A stretch of DNA of 64,000 nt from Patescibacteria group bacterium (GCA_038062675.1 JBBTWP010000003.1:129378-193377); one strand, 5' to 3'; counted from the stretch's first letter, positions 45,648-56,400 are shown. Notes: generated by a model not told the origin, from the letters alone. A program made the numbers and translations.

Positions 45648-46418
45648 ATGAAAAAAATGATAACCAGTATGAAGTTTTGGGGGGTATCGGCAACGCTTGC
45701 AGTTGTTATTTTCCCTATGGTTTCGTGGGCGGCAATTGTGGTTTCGCCAGCTTCCGCAGGCAGTATTTCCGAGACGGGAGCGTCCCTTACTGCGCACATT
45801 GATAATCCGTGGAAGACCACCACGGTGTGGTTTGAGTGGGGGGAAACTCCTGAGCTTGGCTCTGTCGCCGGCATGTCTTCAATATGGCATCAAGGTTTCT
45901 CTTCGGGGTATCTTTCGGGATTGAAACCCGGAACTAAATATTATTATCGTGCGGTTGCCACCGAGGGCGGTGAACGCAAAGAGTCCTCTGTGGCGTCATT
46001 TACGACACCTGCAGAGCCTGTGCCTGTTGTGAAAGTTGCGCCGACTCCCGCACCTGCTCCCAAGGCGGAGCCCGTGGCTGAAAAAGTGGTTGCTCAAAAA
46101 CCAGCACCAAAATCAACAAAAGATATAACCACAAAAACAGTTGCCAAGGCGGAAACCAGCACATCTTCTATTGTATGGAGAGATAACAGTAGCATGGCGT
46201 CAGTATTTGGTATTGGAGAGGGAATTTTCCCTGATACTCTTGTGGGGTGGGTTGCGCTCATCATCACACTCATGGCAATCGTGCTCATTGTCCGCATGAT
46301 TTTTGATTCAGTTGAAAAGCGTGGGCATGTGAATGCGCGTGAAGATAAAGAGGGGAAAGAAGGAGAGGTGGAGAAGCATCCACACGCACTCGAGGTTCCT
46401 CGCCCACCAAAGGCGTAA
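45648..46418 (+). CDS. Secreted protein with one Fn3-like WFEWG…YYYRAVA domain and a C-terminal TM anchor.
   Basis: Signal peptide. The domain is homologous to the repeats in 47733..50795. IFPDTLVGW-TM motif. Confidence 0.5.
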   Translation: MKKMITSMKFWGVSATLAVVIFPMVSWAAIVVSPASAGSISETGASLTAHIDNPWKTTTVWFEWGETPELGSVAGMSSIWHQGFSSGYLSGLKPGTKYYYRAVATEGGERKESSVASFTTPAEPVPVVKVAPTPAPAPKAEPVAEKVVAQKPAPKSTKDITTKTVAKAETSTSSIVWRDNSSMASVFGIGEGIFPDTLVGWVALIITLMAIVLIVRMIFDSVEKRGHVNAREDKEGKEGEVEKHPHALEVPRPPKA

Positions 46419-46628
46419 AAGCCTTTAAATATACGACAGATTTATGCAAGAAAGTCAGCCTCGAAAGGGTTGACTTTTTCGTATAGTGTGATACAATAGA
46501 TAAAGACAAGAAATTCACCTTGAAATATAAGGAGGAGGAGAATGCTCCCTTCAGACATTAATGAAGACGGCACACTAAAAACCAAAGTTCAACAAAGTTA
46601 TACTCTTGATGAATCTAATGGAGGTTTT

Positions 46629-47588
46629 ATGAAAAAGTATGGTTGGTGGATGTTGCTCGTTTTGCTGGTTGCCGGTGGGTTAGTATATTGGCTATGGCCT
46701 GTTACTGAGGAAGCGCCAAAGTCGGGGACAATTAACCGTCCTGCGGACATTCTGCTGTCGGATGAGATTGAGCGTCTTAAAAGTGAGAACGCTGCGCTCA
46801 AACAGCAACAGGAACAGGAAGCAAAGCCCAAGGAACTTACCTCTGAAGAAATCGCGGCGAAAAAGAGAAAGGCACAAGAGCAACGGGATCGTCGCAAAGC
46901 TGAACAAGCCAAGCGAGAAGTTGCCGAGCTCAACAGAAAGGAGAAGGCAGATCAAGCACGGCGAGAGCTTTTGGCAGCAGAAGAACGAGCGAAGAAAGCC
47001 TGCGGTGTTCTGGGGTATACCCCAAGAGCCGGAGGAAAATTTTCTTGCAATCAGCCGCCAGTAGAAAAAGTTGTCACGCCGGTTTCACCAAAACAAAGTG
47101 TTGCCTGCGGAGATCGATTGGTGTGGACTGAGGTTGCACAGAATGACTGGAAATGTCTTCCTGTTGTTTTGCAACCAGCGCCAGTTGCCTTTGTGGCGCC
47201 GACTCCTCCACAAGTAGCACCTCCCGTCGATGATTGTCGCGGAAAAAAGGTGCAACCTGACGGAAGTGTTTGGTGTTTAGAGGAGGTTCCTGTTCAAAAG
47301 AAAGAACATCCCGGCTTGCTTGCAGGTGCGGGAAGTGCTCTTTTGGGGGGAGTAATTGGTTATGTTATTGACCCAAGTGGTGGGGGTGTCCGTGGAGCAC
47401 TCGCAGGAGGGCTCTGCGGTTGGGGATTCAATCGAGACGGAGACTCCGGAAGTGCCGTCAGTTGCGGTGTCGTCGGCGGTGTCCTTGGTGGTCTTGTTAA
47501 CAAGGGTGATGGTGGCGGAGGTTCTTCGGGCGCGGGGCAGCCAGTAGAGTCTCCTGTTCCTAGTGGTCCCGTGGAATCTCCTATATAG
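46629..47588 (+). CDS. Membrane protein with a Lys/Glu-rich coiled coil and a C-terminal glycine-zipper region.
   Basis: RBS GGAGG. TM WWMLLVLLVAGGLVYWLW. GxxxG-rich tail. Confidence 0.45.
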   Translation: MKKYGWWMLLVLLVAGGLVYWLWPVTEEAPKSGTINRPADILLSDEIERLKSENAALKQQQEQEAKPKELTSEEIAAKKRKAQEQRDRRKAEQAKREVAELNRKEKADQARRELLAAEERAKKACGVLGYTPRAGGKFSCNQPPVEKVVTPVSPKQSVACGDRLVWTEVAQNDWKCLPVVLQPAPVAFVAPTPPQVAPPVDDCRGKKVQPDGSVWCLEEVPVQKKEHPGLLAGAGSALLGGVIGYVIDPSGGGVRGALAGGLCGWGFNRDGDSGSAVSCGVVGGVLGGLVNKGDGGGGSSGAGQPVESPVPSGPVESPI

Positions 47589-47732
47589 CTCTTTGAAGTT
47601 TAACTTTTGGATGTGTGTCATAGCAATATGGCCCACATCCGCATTTTCAAGTTTTTGACCTATTTTTTGGTCGAGGGTTTGAAAATGCGCGTAATATCGT
47701 GTATTGTGCGCACAAGAGTAAAACGTAATTAT

Positions 47733-50700
47733 ATGAATACCATTATGAAAAAAATACAAACAATCCTTTTAGCTTTCGCACTTTTGGTAGTGCCGACGGC
47801 TTCTTTTGCGGCGGCGCTTAATAATGACGCGCAAGATTTTAAGACATTGCGCGCGGTTAATATTACAAAAAATCCCGGATGTGTCGCTTGTCGTTCGACC
47901 GCGATAACCGCAAATCCGGGGGATGTTCTTGCGTTTTCAATTTACTATCACAATACTGGTCCTGACACAGCAAACAATGTGCGCGTGTGGTTGACTCCAC
48001 AAATAAGTCCATCAGGAACAACTCATTCGTTTGTTGCCAAAGTAAGCGCTGATAATGCTTCGGCGGTGAACGGTACTACTGTTGTCACTCTTTCAGGGAA
48101 TCAAACAATAGATTTTCTTCAGGGTTCAGTAATCTGGTGGCCAAACCAATCAGTAACGACTTCAACTGCGTTTCCTTCTGGACAAACAGGAGCGGAGATT
48201 TTTACGAGTGAGGGCTTGAATCTTGGCTCTATTGCTTCGGGATGGGGGACGCAAGGGGCGGTGAATATGCGTTTTCAGGTTGCTAACACAGGAACGGGTG
48301 GAGGCACACAACTTTCTGTCCCAGTTGTTGCCACTCATGTCGCAACGAATGTTTTGACAGGTTCCGCGACACTCAACGGATATGTTGACCCAAAAGGCAC
48401 AACCGACACGGTGCGCTGGTTTGAATGGGGCGCTGCAACGTCGCTCAATAATACGACATATCAAGTAAGTCAGGGTGGGAGCGCTTCAGATTTTTCTGCG
48501 AGCATCTCCGGTCTTACACAAAATAGTGTTTATTCCTACCGTGCTGTTGCACGCAATGCGCAAGGGACAGTATATGGCAGTGTGATGACGCTTACCACTA
48601 CACGCGTGAGTGAGCCAGTGTACGCACCTCTCGTGTCCACACGTTCTGCCTCAGGTGTTCTCTATGAGACTGCAACACTCAACGGTTTTGTTGATCCAAA
48701 AGGTTCAGCCGATACGGTGCGTTGGTTTGAGTGGGGAAGTTCATCTTCTCTCAATAATTCAACCGCTCGTGTAAATCACGGAAGCTCAGCTTCGAATTTT
48801 TCTGCAAACATTTCTGGACTTACTCAAAACACTACCTACTACTACCGTGCAGTTGCGCAAAATGCGCAGGGGACGGTCAACGGAACTACGATGAGTTTTA
48901 CGACAGAATACTTCAACATACCAGATTACCCCTCAGAAATTCTTGTTTCTACGCGTTCAGCGTCGAATGTTTCCCATACCTCTGCAACACTCAATGGCTA
49001 TGTTGATCCAAGTGACTCGACCGATACTGTGCGCTGGTTTGAATGGGGCAGTTCATCATCCATGAACAACACTACCTACCAAGTAAATCAGGGTAGTAGT
49101 GCTTCGAATTTTTCTGCAAACATTTCTGGACTTACTCAAAACACTACCTACTACTACCGTGCAGTTGCGCGAAATGCACAGGGGACGGTGTATGGCAGCG
49201 TGCTTTCGTTTACGACGAGCTACTCTGGAGGCGGAGGTTACTCAATCCCTCTTGTGTACACACGAACAGCTACAAACATCACCTATGACTTTGCTATCTT
49301 GAATGGACATGTTGACCCAAAAGGCACGACCGACACAATGCGCTGGTTTGAGTGGGGGAGTTCTTCGTACATGAACAACACTACTTCGCGTACCTATCAG
49401 AGCAATAATGCATCAGATTTTTCCGCAAGTATTTCAGGATTGGCACAAAACACCACCTACTACTATCGTGCTGTTGCACAAAATTCTCAAGGAACCGTTT
49501 ATGGGGATATGATGAGTTTTTCAACGAACTACACAGGCGGTGGCAATCAAACAACGTTTGTTCCAGTAGTTTCTACACGTAATGCCGAAGTTTCAGGCGA
49601 CTTTGCTGTCTTGAATGGATATGTCGACCCCAATGGCTCAAATGACACAACTCGCTGGTTCGAGTGGGGTGGTTCACAATCACTGGGAAGCCAGACGAGT
49701 CGTCTTGCTCAAGGAAATGTTGCATCGAATTTCAGCGCAACGCTTTCAAGCCTTGTTCCTAACACCACTTATTATTATCGTGCGATGGCGCGCAATTCAC
49801 AGGGTACGGTGTATGGCAGTGTGCTTTCGTTTACGACAAATAGTTACGGCGGCGGATATACCGGAGCACAAATTGCACCAACCGTGTCAACAACACTTGC
49901 AACTGAGATTGCGGCAAACAGTGCACGCTTGAATTCCCTCGTGTTTTCAACAGGGAACTATCCATCAAACGCGTGGTTTGAATGGGGTACTAACACGGCG
50001 CTTGGCAACAAAACGCAAACCGTGAATGTTGGCTCGCTTCCTTCGGTGCGTCATACCGACGTGATTACCGGACTTGTGCCAAGTGTGACGTACTACTATC
50101 GTGCCGTTGCAGAAAATCCCTATGGAAAGAGTTACGGTTCAATTTATAGTTTTGTGGTGAACCAAACTATTAACACTCCTCCTCAAACACCAACAACAGT
50201 GGTGATAACTCAACCTGCGCGACCAACACCTGTTCGTCCGCAAGTTGTGGTCGTAAGTCCGGGTGCGGGAACAGAGTCATTGGTTGAATTGCTACTTGAT
50301 GGTGGCGCCGATACGATTTCTTCAAACGAAGAGCGAACCTATCGCATCTCGTGGAAAAACACCAGCAAGCAGACATTGAAACGCGTTGTCTTGCGCGCCA
50401 TTATCCCTGCTCAAATGAATTTCAAGAGCGCAAGTACTGGCTCTTTCTCGAGCGAGGGAAACATTGTTACTGTCGATGCAGGGACGTTGACTCCGGGTGC
50501 GATTGGCGAAGCGACGTTTGTCGCGACCACAGAGCGTGGACTTGAGTCAGGAACACTTTTGGTAACAACTGTTAATCTTGTATATACCGATGCGAAGGGT
50601 GGACAGGGAGATGCAGTTGCGTATGTAACCCATCGTGTGGAAGCACGAGACGGTGGACAGGGCGCAAGCCCGTTTGGTGCCGGGTCATTCCTTCCGACAA

Positions 50701-50795
50701 CACTCTTTGAGTGGATGATTCTCGTAATCCTTATGCTCCTCCTTGTGCTTCTCGGCAACCATCTTTACGGACGATTTTCAGGACCAAAACACTAA
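47733..50795 (+). CDS. Large surface protein: signal peptide, DUF11-like N-terminal domain, six tandem Fn3-like repeats (WFEWG…ISGLTQNTTYYYRAVA…QGTVYG), second DUF11-like domain, C-terminal TM anchor.
   Basis: Repeats are readable in the translation. The track ORF starts at 47607, but a signal peptide follows the M at 47733/47744. Confidence 0.6.
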   Translation: MNTIMKKIQTILLAFALLVVPTASFAAALNNDAQDFKTLRAVNITKNPGCVACRSTAITANPGDVLAFSIYYHNTGPDTANNVRVWLTPQISPSGTTHSFVAKVSADNASAVNGTTVVTLSGNQTIDFLQGSVIWWPNQSVTTSTAFPSGQTGAEIFTSEGLNLGSIASGWGTQGAVNMRFQVANTGTGGGTQLSVPVVATHVATNVLTGSATLNGYVDPKGTTDTVRWFEWGAATSLNNTTYQVSQGGSASDFSASISGLTQNSVYSYRAVARNAQGTVYGSVMTLTTTRVSEPVYAPLVSTRSASGVLYETATLNGFVDPKGSADTVRWFEWGSSSSLNNSTARVNHGSSASNFSANISGLTQNTTYYYRAVAQNAQGTVNGTTMSFTTEYFNIPDYPSEILVSTRSASNVSHTSATLNGYVDPSDSTDTVRWFEWGSSSSMNNTTYQVNQGSSASNFSANISGLTQNTTYYYRAVARNAQGTVYGSVLSFTTSYSGGGGYSIPLVYTRTATNITYDFAILNGHVDPKGTTDTMRWFEWGSSSYMNNTTSRTYQSNNASDFSASISGLAQNTTYYYRAVAQNSQGTVYGDMMSFSTNYTGGGNQTTFVPVVSTRNAEVSGDFAVLNGYVDPNGSNDTTRWFEWGGSQSLGSQTSRLAQGNVASNFSATLSSLVPNTTYYYRAMARNSQGTVYGSVLSFTTNSYGGGYTGAQIAPTVSTTLATEIAANSARLNSLVFSTGNYPSNAWFEWGTNTALGNKTQTVNVGSLPSVRHTDVITGLVPSVTYYYRAVAENPYGKSYGSIYSFVVNQTINTPPQTPTTVVITQPARPTPVRPQVVVVSPGAGTESLVELLLDGGADTISSNEERTYRISWKNTSKQTLKRVVLRAIIPAQMNFKSASTGSFSSEGNIVTVDAGTLTPGAIGEATFVATTERGLESGTLLVTTVNLVYTDAKGGQGDAVAYVTHRVEARDGGQGASPFGAGSFLPTTLFEWMILVILMLLLVLLGNHLYGRFSGPKH
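48300..50160 (+). repeat. About 310-bp period intragenic tandem DNA repeats (6 copies) encoding the Fn3-like domains.
   Basis: Near-identical 30-40-nt stretches recur, e.g. caaaacactacctactactaccgtgcagttgcgc at 48829 and again at 49138. Confidence 0.7.
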
Positions 50796-50804
50796 CAAAT
50801 GGAC

Positions 50805-50840
50805 TAAAAAACCGCCTCATATATGAGGCGGTTTTTTTTG
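50805..50840 (+). terminator. Intrinsic terminator.
   Basis: aaccgcctcat-atatgaggcggtttttttt. Confidence 0.75.
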
Positions 50841-50955
50841 GTGTAGGTTATGTATTTATTGTAACGTGTCCAAGCCGCTGAACCATTACGCATGACTTGC
50901 AAATATTTTTATATTATGATATAATTGAGTTAGAAATTCACAAGGAGGTCCGAAA

Positions 50956-51093
50956 ATGAAAATGTACATTCAGGCGTCCACGTCTATGGACCATTACATC
51001 ATAAAGACTGTTGTGATAAGTCTTTTTGTTCTGACAATGTTTATGGGTTTGTTAGCTCTTTCCGTTGCATTTGGATTTGGAGGGTTCGAATGA
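50956..51093 (+). CDS. Possible 45-aa hydrophobic micro-protein.
   Basis: Strong RBS AAGGAGG 7 nt upstream. Single TM. Followed by a hairpin/T-run terminator. Confidence 0.35.
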   Translation: MKMYIQASTSMDHYIIKTVVISLFVLTMFMGLLALSVAFGFGGFE

Positions 51094-51264
51094 GGGCCAC
51101 TATATATTGTAAACCGCTCGGTAGTCTCTGGGCGGTTTTTTTGTAATTCGCCTTTATGTTTTTGTTGACAAAACACTTGTTTTTTGGTATCATTTAAAAT
51201 AGTTTAGAGTGAGAATTGTTAAAATGTCCTTTGATTTATAAACCAACTAGCAGGGAGACGTGCT

Positions 51265-51816
51265 ATGAAAAAGATGAATATGTCCTTGGTTGCAATGATG
51301 GTATTTTTCTTTTCGCAGATGCTTTTTGCGGAAAGTTCAGAATATGTTGTTGTTGGCAAGATACTGTATCAAAAAGTTTCCCCTACTCAACAAGGCGCCA
51401 CCACTCTTCGGTTAGAAGTTTTGAGTGGTGTTCAGAAAATCTTTGATGAAAACAAGAGCATCCTTCTTGTGCAGGGTGAGGGAGGGCAAGGCTTTATCGT
51501 AGACAAGGCAACCAAGAAGATTCAAGAAGTTGGTGAAAATGTAGCACGAGGCTCAATTTCTCCGCTCAAGCAAAGTGTCTTGATACAAACAAAAAGCGGA
51601 GAGATTTGTTTGATAGGCATCGACACGGGGCTGATTGCAAACGTTGGGACAGGGAACTTCTCTGGATTTTCACCCGATGGAACAAAAATTATCTATTCGA
51701 AAAGAAAGAGTGTGGCGTCTCCTAATCAAAAAGACTCTCAGGAGGTCGTAATATACGATATTGCGGAAGAAAGAGAATCTACCATGTCTGTGAAAAATGC
51801 AGCTTCCCCATTTTAG
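51265..51816 (+). CDS. Secreted beta-propeller-like protein.
   Basis: Signal peptide. RBS. Terminator at 51838-51870. Confidence 0.45.
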   Translation: MKKMNMSLVAMMVFFFSQMLFAESSEYVVVGKILYQKVSPTQQGATTLRLEVLSGVQKIFDENKSILLVQGEGGQGFIVDKATKKIQEVGENVARGSISPLKQSVLIQTKSGEICLIGIDTGLIANVGTGNFSGFSPDGTKIIYSKRKSVASPNQKDSQEVVIYDIAEERESTMSVKNAASPF

Positions 51817-51919
51817 TGAATAAAATTTGTTATTCGTGCGCCCCAGATTGTTCTGTGGGCGCTTTTTTTATAAAAATGATAAGTTTCCGCCATGGGCGCG
51901 AAGGTGGTAAGATGAAGCT

Positions 51920-52414
51920 ATGTTTGGAAAAACCCACGAAATCCCCAAGGTTCCCAAGAGGGAAATAAAGAGCTTGGAAGAATTACACATCTTTGCGGAG
52001 GAGTTTTTGCATAAACTTGTCGCGCTACCCGTAAAAAACTCAGCAACTTTCGTTGCGCTTTCAGGTGAGCTTGGTTCTGGTAAGACAGCATTTACTAAAG
52101 AAGTCGCAAATCTTCTTGGCATTACTGAAACCATTACAAGCCCGACGTTCATCTTAGAGAAAATATATCCAATCCCTGTGGGGTCGCTTGTGGAGGGGCG
52201 ATTTACTACATTGATACATATCGATGCGTATCGCCTTGAGAAACCCGAAGAGATCAAAGCTCTTGACCTCGACGCTCTGGTCGCAAACACGAAAAATCTC
52301 ATATTTTTTGAATGGCCTGAACGCGCCGGCACACTGCTCCCTGTTGATGGAATCAAACTCTCTTTTGAATATGTGAACGAATCTGTGCGCTCAGTTAGTG
52401 GTGTGGATTTGTAA
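51920..52414 (+). CDS. tsaE: tRNA t6A37 biosynthesis ATPase TsaE.
   Basis: LSGELGSGKTAFTK…SPTF…HIDAYRL. Confidence 0.75.
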   Translation: MFGKTHEIPKVPKREIKSLEELHIFAEEFLHKLVALPVKNSATFVALSGELGSGKTAFTKEVANLLGITETITSPTFILEKIYPIPVGSLVEGRFTTLIHIDAYRLEKPEEIKALDLDALVANTKNLIFFEWPERAGTLLPVDGIKLSFEYVNESVRSVSGVDL

Positions 52415-52416
52415 TC

Positions 52417-54798
52417 ATGGCTAAAAAAGAATTACGGAAAACACTGGTACTTCTCGACGCACATGCGATCCTTCATCGTGCTTATCATGCGCTTCCAGAT
52501 TTTGTCTCGAGCGCAGGAGAACCGACGGGAGCGCTCTATGGCTTGGTGACGATGCTCATGAAGATTGTAAAAGACTTGAAGCCCGACTATATTGCCGCAT
52601 GTTTCGATCTTCCGCAGCCGACGTTTCGCCACGAAGCGTACGATGCGTATAAGGCGGGACGTGCAAAAACTGATGGTGATTTAGTACACCAGCTCAAGCG
52701 GGCGCGCGATGTTTTTTCAGCGTTTAACATTCCTTCGTACGAACTCACTGGATTTGAAGCCGACGATCTGCTTGCGACCATTGTGGAGCACATGAAAGAC
52801 CGAGATGATGTGCGTGTCATTATTGCATCGGGCGATATGGATACACTTCAACTCGTGGATGATGACCGTGTCCTTGCGTATACATTGAAAAAAGGAATTA
52901 ATGATACGGTGCTTTACGACGAACAGGCGGTGGTCGCGCGCTTTGGTTTTGTTCCAAAACTTTTACCGGACTATAAAGGCTTGCGTGGTGATCCCTCAGA
53001 CAACATTATAGGTATCAAAGGTATTGGTGAAAAAACGGCGACGACACTCATTACCACATTTGGAACGATTGAGGAGATGTACAAAAAATTAAAGAAAGAT
53101 CGCAATGCGTTTCTAGAGGCAAAACTCACGGAGCGTATCGTAAAACTTCTTGAGGAGGGAGAGGAAGAAGCGCTTTTTTCCAAAACACTTGCGACGGTGC
53201 GCCGTGATGCGCCGATTGAATTTCGGTTACCAACGAAGATGTGGCGCGAAAGTTTTGAGTCGGTGCGTGCCGAAGTCTTGCTCACTGAGCTCGATTTTCG
53301 CTCGCTTCGTGATAGGGTGCGGGAGTTTTCGGGGAACAGCTCGAGTGCTTTAGAAACCGAAAACACTCCAGAGCCCGAAGTTATGGAAATAGTAACCTCT
53401 GAAAACTCCGGAGATTTTAAGCGTGCACAGATTGCTCTTTGGCTTATCAACTCCGATCTCACTACGCCATCACTCGAAGATATTTTCCAGCACACTGATA
53501 AGAAAAATCTTGCACCCGCGCTCGAGGCTCTTGAGGCAGAGGTGGTGAAGCAGGGACTTGAGAAGGTGTATCAGGATATCGAAATTCCTCTCATTTCACT
53601 TATTGAAGCGGCGCAAGCCTACGGTATTTTGATAGATGTAAAACACCTCGAAAAACTTTCGCACGAATATCATAAAACTCTCGACGAAATTACGGCGCGG
53701 ATTTACGCGCACGCGGGAGGGGAGTTTAATATGAATTCACCAAAACAACTCGGTGAAATCCTCTTTGACAAACTTGGACTTGCAACGAAGGGTCTTAAAA
53801 AAACCGAGGGTGGTGCGCGCTCGACTCGTGAATCTGAGCTCGTGAAGCTACGCACGGTGCATCCGATTATTGAAGATATTTTATTGTATCGCGAACTTCA
53901 AAAATTGCTCTCAACCTATATCGACAATCTTCCAAACTTGATTGGTGAAGATGGTCGACTGCACACGACCTTGAATCAGGCGGGGACTACAACAGGGCGC
54001 ATGTCGTCATCAAACCCTAACCTGCAAAATATTCCTGTGCGCGGTGAGATGGGGGTCGCCATCAGAAGTGCGTTTGTGGCACCCAAGGGAAAGGTATTGC
54101 TTGCGTTCGATTATTCGCAGATTGAAATGCGTGTCCTCGCTGCACTTTCACAAGATGAAAACTTGCTCGAGATTTTCAAGACGGGCGCGGATGTGCACAC
54201 GTCGGTTGCTGCTCGCGTGTTTAGGGTTTCCGAAAAAGATGTGACAGCAGAAATGCGTCGTCGTGCGAAAGTTATTAACTTTGGGATTGTGTATGGCATG
54301 GGGGTGAATGCCCTCAAGGATAATCTGGGCTCGACGCGTGTGGAAGCTCAAGAATTTTACGATAATTATTTTGTTACGTTTCCCAAAATTGCCGCATATT
54401 TTGAGGATGTGAAAGCACGCGCAAAAAAAGATGGATTTACAACAACGTACTTTGGTCGTCGGCGATTTTTTGCGGGACTCAAATCATCGCTTCCTTTTTT
54501 GCGTGCGAGTGCTGAACGGATGGCGATGAACGCACCGCTTCAGGGAACAGCAGCGGATATTATTAAGATTGCGATGCAAAAAGCAGAAGTGGGGCTCGCG
54601 TCAAAAAACTTATCGGACAAAGCACACCTGCTTCTCCAGATTCATGACGAACTTTTGTACGAGGTCGACGAGAATGCAGTGCCAGGTGTGCGCACGGTGG
54701 TGGAAGAGGCGATGGAACATGCGGTAGAGTTTCCTGTGCCCATTACAGTAAGCGTGAAAAGGGGACACAGTTGGGGGGCAATGGAAGATATAAAATAG
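52417..54798 (+). CDS. polA: DNA polymerase I (5' nuclease plus polymerase; short form).
   Basis: 5'-nuclease N-terminus. Pol motifs RRRAKVINFGIVYG and LLQIHDELL. Confidence 0.9.
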   Translation: MAKKELRKTLVLLDAHAILHRAYHALPDFVSSAGEPTGALYGLVTMLMKIVKDLKPDYIAACFDLPQPTFRHEAYDAYKAGRAKTDGDLVHQLKRARDVFSAFNIPSYELTGFEADDLLATIVEHMKDRDDVRVIIASGDMDTLQLVDDDRVLAYTLKKGINDTVLYDEQAVVARFGFVPKLLPDYKGLRGDPSDNIIGIKGIGEKTATTLITTFGTIEEMYKKLKKDRNAFLEAKLTERIVKLLEEGEEEALFSKTLATVRRDAPIEFRLPTKMWRESFESVRAEVLLTELDFRSLRDRVREFSGNSSSALETENTPEPEVMEIVTSENSGDFKRAQIALWLINSDLTTPSLEDIFQHTDKKNLAPALEALEAEVVKQGLEKVYQDIEIPLISLIEAAQAYGILIDVKHLEKLSHEYHKTLDEITARIYAHAGGEFNMNSPKQLGEILFDKLGLATKGLKKTEGGARSTRESELVKLRTVHPIIEDILLYRELQKLLSTYIDNLPNLIGEDGRLHTTLNQAGTTTGRMSSSNPNLQNIPVRGEMGVAIRSAFVAPKGKVLLAFDYSQIEMRVLAALSQDENLLEIFKTGADVHTSVAARVFRVSEKDVTAEMRRRAKVINFGIVYGMGVNALKDNLGSTRVEAQEFYDNYFVTFPKIAAYFEDVKARAKKDGFTTTYFGRRRFFAGLKSSLPFLRASAERMAMNAPLQGTAADIIKIAMQKAEVGLASKNLSDKAHLLLQIHDELLYEVDENAVPGVRTVVEEAMEHAVEFPVPITVSVKRGHSWGAMEDIK

Positions 54799-54799
54799 T

Positions 54800-55510
54800 A
54801 TGCTGTACCTTATTCATGGTAGCGATAGAGCAAAAGGGCGCACACAGTTTCAGGCACTCAAAAAGAAATTCTTAGCAGAAGGGTGTGAGGTGCGCGTTGT
54901 GGCAGAGGGGGAGGCAACCGATGGGTTCTTGGATACGGGGGCGGTATCTCGCGGTCTTTTTGGTGAGACGACATTATTTACCTTTGACGGTGTTCTCGAG
55001 AAAAAAGGAGAACAAGAAATATTTACTGCGCATGCAAAAGACCTTGCGCAGTCATCTAATCATTTTTTAATATTTGAACCGACGTTCGAAAAGGAATCGA
55101 TGGGCGTACTTTCAAAACATGCGACCGAAATATTTGAGTATGTAGGAAAGAAAGTTGATACACGCCCCGCGTTCAATATTTTTTCATTGGGTGATGCGCT
55201 CGGCGTACGTAAAAAGAAAGATTTGTGGGTTTTGTATCAACAGGCGATTGCGGCGGGACTTGCGCCAGAAGAACTTTGCGGGACGCTCTTTTGGCAGGTA
55301 AAAAATATGGCGCTCGTGAAGGGGGCAAAGTCGGGAGATGACTGCGGACTTAAACCTTTTGTTGCGCAAAAAGCGCGAGGCTTTGCAAAGAATTACACAC
55401 CGACAGAAATCGTGAATCTTGCGCGTGCGCTCGCAGGGATTTTTCATGAAGACCACCGTGGGGGAGAGCCGATGGGTATTGGGCTCGAAAAATTTATACT
55501 GAGTTTGTAG
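54800..55510 (+). CDS. holA: DNA polymerase III delta subunit-like (HolA), short.
   Basis: NIFSLGDALGVRKKKDLWVLYQQAIAAGLAPE resembles the delta C-terminal region. Confidence 0.5.
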   Translation: MLYLIHGSDRAKGRTQFQALKKKFLAEGCEVRVVAEGEATDGFLDTGAVSRGLFGETTLFTFDGVLEKKGEQEIFTAHAKDLAQSSNHFLIFEPTFEKESMGVLSKHATEIFEYVGKKVDTRPAFNIFSLGDALGVRKKKDLWVLYQQAIAAGLAPEELCGTLFWQVKNMALVKGAKSGDDCGLKPFVAQKARGFAKNYTPTEIVNLARALAGIFHEDHRGGEPMGIGLEKFILSL

Positions 55511-55542
55511 GCGGGGGTCACTTGCAAAAAATTATCGACAAC

Positions 55543-55572
55543 AAAAAAAGCCCAAAATGAGGGGCTTTTTTT
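55543..55572 (+). terminator. Intrinsic terminator.
   Basis: aaaagccc-aaaatga-ggggcttttttt. Confidence 0.6.
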
Positions 55573-55766
55573 CTGCGTGTTCACGAAAGAACTTATTTTA
55601 TTTTTCTCTGCGAGAAACGAAGGTGCAATTGATGATAGTGAGTGGGGAAGTCAGAGGTGATCAGACTCTAAAATCTTACTCGTCATCGGCTACCTGTTTT
55701 CATTATACTCCACACATAGAGATTCGCAAGAGAAATGGTGTGGATAACTGGAAGTGCATATCGTCT

Positions 55767-56334
55767 GGCTCGTGTTTTTTGATTACAAAAAAGCACTGCG
55801 CCTTGCACACACGTTAAGAAAACCTCCCGCAGGGGAGGTTTTCTTAACGTGTGGTCACGGATAATTTTCTCGTCGTCACTCGAAAATTTCCGCGACCCCG
55901 CCTCACTACCTCGTTTTGTGGTCAGGAATAATTTTGTTTTCGTCACGTGTGGTCACGAATCACTAAGCATTTTTTCGTTTCACTCAAAACTGCAAAGTGT
56001 TCGCGAAGCTTTGCACTTGATCTTCTAACTCGCTTCACTCGTAAGAAGATCTACGCCCGGCTCGTGGTTTTTGATTACAAAAACATCACTGCGCCTTGCA
56101 CAAACTAAAAATCTGCCACAGGGCAGATTTTCTTAACGTTTGTGCACCCAGTAGGGGACGGTCACGAGTTACTAAGTCGCTTCGCTCCTAAGTACTCGCG
56201 ACCCCGGCTCGCACGTCGCAGGGCGACATGGCTCCGCCTTTCGATCCCCAGAGCAAGCCAAGCAGTTGGCTTGCTCTGGGTGCACCAAATAAAAAAACAC
56301 GGAAAGAATCCGTGTTTTTTTATTTGGTGCACCC
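55767..56334. repeat. Degenerate roughly 290-bp tandem repeat zone next to tRNA-Lys. Each unit carries a hairpin with compensatory changes (gttaagaaaacctccc/gggaggttttcttaac vs aaaatctgcc/ggcagatttt). A direct copy of the tRNA 3' end lies at 56142-56158. A 12-bp-stem hairpin lies at 56250-56277. A 57-bp perfect palindrome (56278-56334) embeds the tRNA acceptor 3' end.
   Basis: Direct reading. The left and right 25-nt arms of the palindrome are exact reverse complements. Confidence 0.7.
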
Positions 56335-56400
56335 AGTAGGGATCGAACCTACGACCGTTTGCTTAAAAGGCAACTGCTCTACCAGCTGAGCTATGGGTGC
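56325..56400 (-). tRNA. tRNA-Lys (anticodon UUU).
   Basis: Cloverleaf GCACCCA…TGGGTGC acceptor. T-loop TTCGATC. Anticodon loop CTTTTAA. CCA encoded. Confidence 0.85.

Noticed and set aside
51868-52356. 162-aa minus-strand ORF.
   Set aside because: Fully antisense to tsaE, which has clear P-loop and family motifs.
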